This document shows, piece after piece, positions 57,028 through 64,000 of a DNA stretch of 64,000 nt. The position numbers and the translations under genes are program-made. Within the stretch, counting starts at the first letter, position 1. Each line of letters starts with the position of its first letter. This DNA is from Gemmatimonadota bacterium (GTDB lineage: Bacteria > Gemmatimonadota > Gemmatimonadetes > Gemmatimonadales > GWC2-71-9), in NCBI GenBank assembly GCA_039656555.1, contig JBDHLU010000002.1, positions 658-64,657 on the forward strand, read 5' to 3'. Below the pieces are notes generated by a model. It worked only from the letters and a program-made list of their open reading frames with translations. It did not search any database and was not told the DNA's origin.

Positions 57028-59682
57028 TCAAAATGTTGTCGTGACGCCGGCTAGGATACGCCGTCCAATTACCGAGCCCCCGTACATCTGGAAGCGCTGC
57101 TGGTCCAAGATGTTCAGCCCGCTCAGGAACACCCGTACGTTGTTGTTGATCACGTATCCCAGATTCATGTCGAACGTTTGGCGCGAGGGAACCCAGCCTA
57201 GGAACACACCCGCCACCCACTCGTGTCCGGTCGAAAACCGGAACGTGATGCTCCCGTCAAAGCCCTGCCGCCCTTGGTACATGACACCGAGACTTCCGCG
57301 GTGGCTGGGGCTATTGGGGATGAGGTCGTCGATCGGTGCTTCGCGCACGAGGACCTTGATGTAGCCATAGGAAGCGTCTACGCGCCATTCGTCGCTCACC
57401 CGTGCGCCGATCCCGAATTCAGCGCCATACTCCAACACCCGCCCGGCGTTCGCATACGACACGACTGCGGTTCGGCTTCCGGTGGGCAGCGTGGCGAGGA
57501 ACGGTGACAACTGGCGATCGATTGCTCCGTAACCAACCCTGAGCGTGCCCAATTGGGAGCGCAACGCCGCTGCCTCGGCTGGGGTCAACTGGCTCTGTGA
57601 TTCCAGCAGGTCGATCCGGTCTGAAACGTCATCGAAATTTTGGGGGACGTTAACCTCGTCCGTCAGGCTGTAGCAGGGGAACTGAGGGTTCACGCAGGGG
57701 AGGAGGTCGGTGACAAAGTTCTTGATCTCCCCAAAGAACAGGTCAACGCTTGCAAACACCCCGTCGCTCAAATCTCCCTTATAGCCAAGCTCCCAGGTAT
57801 CGATCGTCTCCACCGTCAACTCGTCATTCCCGAGGGCCCGCGCAAAGGTCAACGAATCAAACGTCCACGGAATCGTGGTGGGCAGGTTGAGGTCGCTGAA
57901 CCCAGGGTTCGCGTCGAGTCCGGTGAAGTATTCCTCGATACCGTTTTCGACTGCCCAGGGTACAGCCGAAGGCGCACTCGCCGGCGCGACCAGAAACCAC
58001 TCGGAGTAATTGGGAGTCTGAAATGCGTGGTTAAAGGTCAAGCGGAACGCATGGCGTTCGTTGGGGCTGTAGACGATGCCGGCCTTTGGCGAAAACTGGG
58101 CATCGTATAGGTTGCTGTTGTCATACCGCGCCGCACCGACCAAGCGAAGCTTCGGGGTGATGCGATACTCCACCTGCCCATAGGCGGAGTACATGTAGTC
58201 GCTCCGATCGTCGTTCACCGGTGCCATCAGTGTCCCGGCGGTGTTCATGCGGACGTTTCGATAGGATCCGCCGATGACGACCCGTCCGCGCTCGCTGGCG
58301 AAGTCCTGGTTCGCCTGCCCCTCCACGTGATAGAGCCCGGACGTTTCGCGAAACTCGGTTCCCGAACCCAGCGTGACTTGTGAATCGGGGGTCGTCCGGC
58401 CCGAATACCACGCCGTGAGGTTGAATCGATCTGCCGCCCATGCGGCACGCACCCATGGTCGGCGGCTATCCTTGATCTGCACCCGCCCGAGTCCCGTCAC
58501 CACGACCCCGTTGGTCGCTTGGGCGTATCCACCATCGAGCGTCAGAACGGACCCGCCGTCCATGTAGTAGTCCAACCGACCCGAACCAATAATGTTTGTC
58601 AGAGCGTCCGGGGCTCCGATCGCGGAGTTGGTACCGGGTTCCAGGGTCTGTCCGGTGAGCGGTCGTACTTCTTCGATCCCCGCCTCATTTTGGTTTGGAA
58701 TGCTCGAGTCGGTCGCCGCGGAATATTCGTTGATGAGGTCAGTTCCGTCGAAACGCGTGCGCGCTTTGGACCACGTGTTGAGCCGTTGGTATCCAAGATT
58801 GACGCGATACCCAAACCGTCCGCCCGCAAACACTCCCGCGTGGCGAAGGTCGGCCCGTAATGTCGTGCCGGTCGAATCCGGCAGTACCCGACTTGGCATT
58901 GCACCACCCGAGACCGTCAGCTTTGTCCCAATGACATCGCGGGCGGCGGGCGTGGTCAACGCAAGCACACCACTAAACGCGTTCGCACCGTACAATGCCG
59001 ATCCAGGACCCCGGACCATCTCCATGCTCTGAAGGTCTTCGGTGGGTATTGCGAGGGCGTTCCACTCTTGCGCACCCAAGAACGCTACGGCAAGGTCCCG
59101 CCCATCCTGGAGCACGAGGACTCGCCGGTTGAGCGTGGTGTTGAATCCGCGGGCGTTGACATTGTAGTCGGCCATTCCGCTTTGCACGACGTCAACACCG
59201 GGAACGGCAGCCACGGCTCGCGGCGCCTGTCCGGTTGCGGATACGTCGCGGGTGATAACCGGATTGATGACCGTCACTGCTGCGGGAGCTTCTACCACGC
59301 GCTCCGGCGCCCGTGAGACTCCGCTCACGACTAATTCGCCGAGCGTGATCGGTTGTTCGGCGAGCACGACATCCAGCGTCGTGCGTTGGTCCGCGACTAC
59401 AGTCACCGCCCGTTCGCTCGGACGTTGGCCAAGCTGGCGGAACAAGAGGGTCTGAGGCCCAGCCGGCACGCGCTGTAGTGTATACCTGCCATCGGTACCG
59501 GTGATGGTGCTGACGTTGGTCCCCTCGACCGACACGTTGATGGTCGCCAACGGCGACCCGTCTCGCTCGCGAGTTACCTGCCCCACGACGGTGCCGGTTT
59601 GTTGCGCGCTGAGGCTCGGACAGAGCAGAAGTGCCAGCGCTACGCTCGCCAGGCTCCACAGATGCTTGACTCTCCACTTCAT
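57028..59682 (-). CDS. TonB-dependent receptor with N-terminal carboxypeptidase-regulatory-like domain
   Basis: Signal peptide, GTVVGQVT...GTDGRYTLQRVPAG (CarboxypepD_reg), a plug domain, a long barrel, and a terminal ...AGVTTTF. Confidence 0.9.
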   Translation of the reverse strand: MKWRVKHLWSLASVALALLLCPSLSAQQTGTVVGQVTRERDGSPLATINVSVEGTNVSTITGTDGRYTLQRVPAGPQTLLFRQLGQRPSERAVTVVADQRTTLDVVLAEQPITLGELVVSGVSRAPERVVEAPAAVTVINPVITRDVSATGQAPRAVAAVPGVDVVQSGMADYNVNARGFNTTLNRRVLVLQDGRDLAVAFLGAQEWNALAIPTEDLQSMEMVRGPGSALYGANAFSGVLALTTPAARDVIGTKLTVSGGAMPSRVLPDSTGTTLRADLRHAGVFAGGRFGYRVNLGYQRLNTWSKARTRFDGTDLINEYSAATDSSIPNQNEAGIEEVRPLTGQTLEPGTNSAIGAPDALTNIIGSGRLDYYMDGGSVLTLDGGYAQATNGVVVTGLGRVQIKDSRRPWVRAAWAADRFNLTAWYSGRTTPDSQVTLGSGTEFRETSGLYHVEGQANQDFASERGRVVIGGSYRNVRMNTAGTLMAPVNDDRSDYMYSAYGQVEYRITPKLRLVGAARYDNSNLYDAQFSPKAGIVYSPNERHAFRLTFNHAFQTPNYSEWFLVAPASAPSAVPWAVENGIEEYFTGLDANPGFSDLNLPTTIPWTFDSLTFARALGNDELTVETIDTWELGYKGDLSDGVFASVDLFFGEIKNFVTDLLPCVNPQFPCYSLTDEVNVPQNFDDVSDRIDLLESQSQLTPAEAAALRSQLGTLRVGYGAIDRQLSPFLATLPTGSRTAVVSYANAGRVLEYGAEFGIGARVSDEWRVDASYGYIKVLVREAPIDDLIPNSPSHRGSLGVMYQGRQGFDGSITFRFSTGHEWVAGVFLGWVPSRQTFDMNLGYVINNNVRVFLSGLNILDQQRFQMYGGSVIGRRILAGVTTTF

Positions 59683-59819
59683 CGCCGTACCCCCAGGGAC
59701 TGGATTACAGAGCCGTTACATAGGCCGAAGATGCACCGTTTTCTCGAATACCGCGACCCAGGCGGGAACATGGACCAGCTTAGGCGGTTACACTAGCATC
59801 CCCCCTCCCAGGAGCCTCC

Positions 59820-60278
59820 ATGAATCGTGTTCGTCAGGGAATGATGCTGGTTGCGGCAGCCACGTTCGCCCTTGCCTCTTGTGCCGGAGACGCTGCCACA
59901 GGCAACAACGGGAACGGTGGCGGTGGTGGCGGCGGTGGCGGCGGTGGGACCCCAACGCTAGCGGCCAATGTTCAACCGATTTTCAACACGAACTGCGCGG
60001 TATCCGGCTGCCACGCGGGCACGAGTCCGCAACAGGGTCAGAACCTGAGTGCGGGGGTATCGTTTTCGAACATCGTAGGTGTGGCCTCCAATGAATCGGC
60101 GCTCCTCCGGGTCAAGGCGGGTGATCCGGACTCGAGCTACCTCGTTCACAAAATTCAGGGTACCCAGGGCACCGTTGGTGGGTCGGGTGGACAGATGCCG
60201 TTGGGACGGTCCCCACTCTCTCAGGACAACATCGACATCATCCGGGACTGGATTGCGGCCGGGGCCTTGAACAACTGA
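59820..60278 (+). CDS. Lipoprotein with a planctomycete-type cytochrome-c-like domain carrying C-x4-CH
   Basis: Lipobox ALASC, 11 consecutive Gly (59916-59948), and VQPIFNTNCAVSGCHAG (59994-60014). The following ...LLRVKAGDPDSSYLVHKIQG pattern resembles PSCyt-type domains. Confidence 0.7.
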   Translation: MNRVRQGMMLVAAATFALASCAGDAATGNNGNGGGGGGGGGGGTPTLAANVQPIFNTNCAVSGCHAGTSPQQGQNLSAGVSFSNIVGVASNESALLRVKAGDPDSSYLVHKIQGTQGTVGGSGGQMPLGRSPLSQDNIDIIRDWIAAGALNN

Positions 60279-60303
60279 CCTCGACCCCGAAAGTTGAGGG
60301 ACC

Positions 60304-61368
60304 ATGAAACACATCTTCCTGCTGACCGCCACGGCCGCGGTGGTGCTTGTTGGATCTCCGCTCCACGGAGCCGACGAGCCCTATCTCGCGCTGCTGACCG
60401 GATTCAAGTGCTCCCAATGCCACGTCAACCGGACCGGTGGCGGTGGGAGGAACGCGTTCGGGAGCGTGTGGGCGCAGACCGAGTTGCCGATCAAATCGTT
60501 CGATGTGCGGAGCCGCAACCTCTCCGATTGGATCGCGATAGGGTTCGACGTCCGGGCCCGTTTTGGGGCGGCCGTGCAGACGGCCGAGCCGCAAACGCAA
60601 TTCGAAATTCCCGAAGCCCAAGTGCAACTCGAGGCTCAGATGATTCCTCGATTGCTGACACTCTATCTGGACCAGACCGTTGGACCGGAGCAAGCGTTCA
60701 CGCGTGAAGCGTTCGTGATGATGCAGTGGAAGCCGGCGAACGGGTACGCTAAGGCGGGCAAGATGCTGTTGCCGTATGGCTGGCGGTTGTGGGACGACCT
60801 TGCCTTCATCCGTTCGGAGACCGGTTTCACGTTTGGCGCCCCGGACATCGGGGTCGAGGTCGGTATCGAACCGGGGCCGCTGTCGTGGGTGATGGCATTG
60901 ACGAACGGATCCTCCGGTGGCAGCGAAGGCGACAACGGAAAAATGATCACGGGCCAAGCCGTGCTGGTCTATCCCGCGTTTCGCATCGGTGCTTCGGGGT
61001 CGCACAATTCCCAATCCACGTTGACGCGCGATCTATTTGGAGGTTTTGGTGGATTCAGCGTCGGACCGATTGCGGTGCTCGGTGAAGCTGATTGGATTAG
61101 CGAGAAGGCCACGGCCAACCGAGATCAGTTTGCTGCTTACGCGGAGGGAAATGTCCTCGCAACGCGCGGGGTCAATGCGAAGGTGACCTACGGGTACTTC
61201 GATCCTGACCTCGATGTCGATGGGGACCAGCGCACGCGCATGCGGTTCGGCTTGGAGGTCTTTCCTGTCAACGCGCTGCAGCTCTCGGCTTTCTATGTGT
61301 GGCGGGATGCGCCGCCGTCGGTCGAGCAAACGGACTTGGTAACACTGGAACTACACTTCCACTTCTAG
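60304..61368 (+). CDS. Predicted outer-membrane beta-barrel with an N-terminal CxxCH heme-attachment motif
   Basis: Signal peptide, CSQCH at residues 36-40 (60409-60423), about 310 aa of strand-like alternation, and a C-terminal LELHFHF. Confidence 0.65.
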   Translation: MKHIFLLTATAAVVLVGSPLHGADEPYLALLTGFKCSQCHVNRTGGGGRNAFGSVWAQTELPIKSFDVRSRNLSDWIAIGFDVRARFGAAVQTAEPQTQFEIPEAQVQLEAQMIPRLLTLYLDQTVGPEQAFTREAFVMMQWKPANGYAKAGKMLLPYGWRLWDDLAFIRSETGFTFGAPDIGVEVGIEPGPLSWVMALTNGSSGGSEGDNGKMITGQAVLVYPAFRIGASGSHNSQSTLTRDLFGGFGGFSVGPIAVLGEADWISEKATANRDQFAAYAEGNVLATRGVNAKVTYGYFDPDLDVDGDQRTRMRFGLEVFPVNALQLSAFYVWRDAPPSVEQTDLVTLELHFHF

Positions 61369-61429
61369 GCTTCCAGGCGCGAAAAGTCACGGGGACCCTA
61401 TTCTGCGTCCCCGGTGGGTTTTACCTTAA

Positions 61430-63658
61430 GTGTTCAAAATTATGGGCGAACCCCACTTGACCCCATTCCTACTCGGCGGGGCGGCGCTGGCGTCGCTCGT
61501 GAGCGGTGTTCTCGCCCTACGGCTGGGGGCGCAAGGAACGCGACGTTGGCTCTTTGTTGGTGTTGCCTTCACCGGCACTGCGGTGGCGCTCGCGATGATC
61601 GTCTTGGCAGGAGACACCACACCGTTCGCGGCAGGTCTGCTCGCCGCCTCGTTCACTACGGCTGCGGTCGCCGTTTCTCCATTCCGAATGTTCCGTGGGG
61701 CTTTTCGTTCCGCGCCATCGACCGGCGGGTCGGGGTCTTCCGCGTCGGGCGAGCGGAGGTTCCGCCGGTTGGTGGAACATGCATGGGACGCGTTCGTTCT
61801 TGTCGAGGCAGACGGAACGATCAATTTTGCCTCCGCGTCGTTACGCCGTCTCTTGGGCTACAGTGCAGACGATGTGCTCGGTCGTTCGATTTTCGATGCT
61901 GTTTACCACGAGGACGTCGCAGAGGCGCAGGTGGCGTTACACGACATTCTGAAGCAGCCTGGAACACAATCCTTCCATGAGTTTCGCGCCACACATGGTG
62001 ACGGGTCGGTTTGTTGGTTGGAAGTGACGGGAACGAATCTCATTGACGACGCCAGTGTCCGAGCGGTGATCGTCAATATGCGCGATGTTACCGACCGCAA
62101 GGATGCCGAGGAAGCGTTGGTACGCTCGGAGGAGGGGTATCGCGGGCTCGTCGAGCACGCGATCTACGGCGTATACCGGTCGGACTTAGGTGGACGTTTC
62201 CTGGCCGTCAATCCTGCGTTGGTCAAGATGCTGGGGTACCCGTCGAAAGAAGAGCTGCTGGCGGTCGATGTAGCAACGGAGGTATACGTCGATCCGGCGC
62301 AGCGACAGGCGCTCCTCGAACGATACCGGGATGCCGATCGAATCAAGGGCGTCGAGGTCGAATGGCAGCGGCGCGACGGTTCTCATCTGTTGGTGTGGTT
62401 GAGTGGCCGCGCTCTGCGTGATGACCGAGGCCGGTTGCACGCGTTCGAGATGATCGCGGAGGATGTGACCGAACGACGAACATTGGAGGCCCAGCTCAGG
62501 CAGGCGCAAAAGATGGAGGCGATTGGCCAACTCGCCGGTGGCATCGCACACGACTTCAACAACCTCCTCACGGTGATATTGGCCAATGCCGATATAATCG
62601 AGATCACGGTTGGTGAGGGGGGTAATCCGGTCCGTGAAGAACTCGACGACCTGCGTCAATCGGCACAGCATGGTCGGGACCTCGTCAAGAAACTGCTGGG
62701 GTACGGTCGCCGTGACATGCTCGAGGTGCGTCCGATCAACCTCGCAGGGTTGGTCCAGGATTTGGTGCCAACACTCAAACGTGTGCTGCCGGCATCGATC
62801 CAAGTCCGGTTTTCTTCGAGTATCAGCGAAGCGGTTATCGAGGCAGATGGCGGCGCCATTCAACAGATCTTGTTCAATCTCGCGACGAACGCCCGGGATG
62901 CGATGGAGGGTGGCGGGACGATCCACATGGAGCTCAGCATAGTGCGCAGTAGCGCGCACACCGCGCTCACGAGATGGCGTGCGCACGGTGAGTATGTGCG
63001 GTTGGCTGTGTCGGATACCGGGCACGGAATGGATCCGGACACCAAAGCCAAGGTATTCGATCCATTTTTTACGACCAAGCCTCCCGGTGTTGGCACCGGA
63101 CTGGGCATGGCCATGATCTACGGTCTGGTGAAGCAGCAGGAAGGGTTCATCGACATCCAAACAGAAGTTGGCCAGGGTACTACCGTCGAACTGTTGTTCC
63201 CGCAGGTCGCCGGCTCTGCTGAAGTGGCCCAGCCTGAAGCGGCTCCACCTATCGCAACTGAGGGCACTGAGACGATTCTCGTGGTTGAAGACGAGGGCGC
63301 CATCCGCCGTTCAGTCAAGCGCTTGTTGGAAAGAAAAGGCTACCGTGTATTGCTTGCCCAGGATGGGCAGGAAGCGCTCGAGGTTTTCGAGCGGAAGCAG
63401 GATCCGATCCACCTGGTGGTCTCGGATATCGTGATGCCAAGAATGAATGGCTTTGAACTTTTTGAGGCCGTGCGCGCCAGCGGGGAAAAGGTGCGCTTCC
63501 TCTTTACTTCTGGGTATGCTACACCGGACATTAAGCGCAGGGCCCGCAAGGCTTCGCAAACGTTCCTACAAAAGCCGTGGGACGTAAATGTTTTCCTGCG
63601 ACATGTACGAGAACTCCTGGATAGTGACGCAACGGAAAACGTGACCGCTGACACATAG
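61430..63658 (+). CDS. Hybrid sensor histidine kinase / response regulator (TM + 2 PAS + HisKA + HATPase_c + REC)
   Basis: N-terminal TM helices and two PAS-like repeats. H-box IAHDFNNLLTVI; N and G boxes NLATNARDAM, DTGHGM and GTGLGMA; REC ILVVEDEGAIRR...LVVSDIVMPRMNG. Confidence 0.9.
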   Translation: MFKIMGEPHLTPFLLGGAALASLVSGVLALRLGAQGTRRWLFVGVAFTGTAVALAMIVLAGDTTPFAAGLLAASFTTAAVAVSPFRMFRGAFRSAPSTGGSGSSASGERRFRRLVEHAWDAFVLVEADGTINFASASLRRLLGYSADDVLGRSIFDAVYHEDVAEAQVALHDILKQPGTQSFHEFRATHGDGSVCWLEVTGTNLIDDASVRAVIVNMRDVTDRKDAEEALVRSEEGYRGLVEHAIYGVYRSDLGGRFLAVNPALVKMLGYPSKEELLAVDVATEVYVDPAQRQALLERYRDADRIKGVEVEWQRRDGSHLLVWLSGRALRDDRGRLHAFEMIAEDVTERRTLEAQLRQAQKMEAIGQLAGGIAHDFNNLLTVILANADIIEITVGEGGNPVREELDDLRQSAQHGRDLVKKLLGYGRRDMLEVRPINLAGLVQDLVPTLKRVLPASIQVRFSSSISEAVIEADGGAIQQILFNLATNARDAMEGGGTIHMELSIVRSSAHTALTRWRAHGEYVRLAVSDTGHGMDPDTKAKVFDPFFTTKPPGVGTGLGMAMIYGLVKQQEGFIDIQTEVGQGTTVELLFPQVAGSAEVAQPEAAPPIATEGTETILVVEDEGAIRRSVKRLLERKGYRVLLAQDGQEALEVFERKQDPIHLVVSDIVMPRMNGFELFEAVRASGEKVRFLFTSGYATPDIKRRARKASQTFLQKPWDVNVFLRHVRELLDSDATENVTADT

Positions 63659-63673
63659 AGAAGGAGTGGTTGG

Positions 63674-64000
63674 ATGAGCAGTGACATTCAGGTGCCGTTC
63701 GCCATCAACGAGCCCGTTTCTTCGTTCGCACCGGGCACCGAGGAGCGTGAATCTCTCAAGCGAACCGTCGACGAACTAGCTGGGAAAGAAATCGAGATCC
63801 CCCTTATCATCGGCGGGAAGGAAGTTCGAACCGGGACCACCGCCAAATCGGTGATACCTCATGCGCACAGCCACGTATTGGCCACGTGGCACAAGGCCGG
63901 CAAGGCGGAAACCGAACAGGCCATCAAAGCAGCCGCGGTCGCCTACAAGGAGTGGTCGCATTGGCCTTGGGAGGAACGCGCTGCGGTGTTTCTCCGAGCG
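63674..64000 (+). CDS. 1-pyrroline-5-carboxylate (glutamate semialdehyde) dehydrogenase, N-terminal fragment; runs off the right edge
   Basis: An AAGGAG ribosome-binding site at 63661 precedes ATG 63674. MSSDIQVPFAINEPVSSFAPGTEERESLKRTVDELAGKEIEIPLIIGGKEV... is typical of the PruA/ALDH4 N-terminus. Confidence 0.7.
   Translation, partial: MSSDIQVPFAINEPVSSFAPGTEERESLKRTVDELAGKEIEIPLIIGGKEVRTGTTAKSVIPHAHSHVLATWHKAGKAETEQAIKAAAVAYKEWSHWPWEERAAVFLRA

Overview
GC-rich bacterial chromosomal segment, mostly housekeeping. It spans the replication-origin gene neighbourhood: dnaN<-dnaA, then divergently rpmH->rnpA->yidD->yidC->mnmE. It also carries a complete sufR-sufB-sufC-sufD-sufS-sufU-Rieske Fe-S assembly operon, polA, mutS, holA, ddl, hemE/hemD, pyrE, def, rnd, cspA, RNase P RNA (rnpB) and tRNA-Phe. 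The envelope genes (CarboxypepD_reg-type TonB-dependent receptor, Slt, SPOR/TPR protein, many lipoproteins and barrels) suggest a diderm of Gemmatimonadota/FCB-like type; this is inference only. I saw no CRISPR array, transposase, integrase or recognisable defence or toxin genes. The non-routine content lies mainly at 50.6-63.7 kb. (1) A 16-unit, 21-bp tandem array sits directly after tRNA-Phe, and one of its reading frames is separated by a single TAA from a small 2-TM ORF. (2) An orphan sigma-54 activator is followed by a palindrome, a -24/-12 promoter and a small secreted protein / barrel / Tat-flavoprotein operon. (3) A cluster is bracketed by signalling genes: two convergent ORFs with [DE]RR-x-G arginine repeats, a TonB-dependent receptor, a C-x4-CH lipoprotein, an outer-membrane-barrel-like protein with an N-terminal CxxCH, and a PAS hybrid kinase. 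A trinucleotide-repeat hairpin in the dnaA-dnaN spacer and candidate SufR operators are also noted. All functional calls come from reading the translations and motifs by eye; no database search was run.
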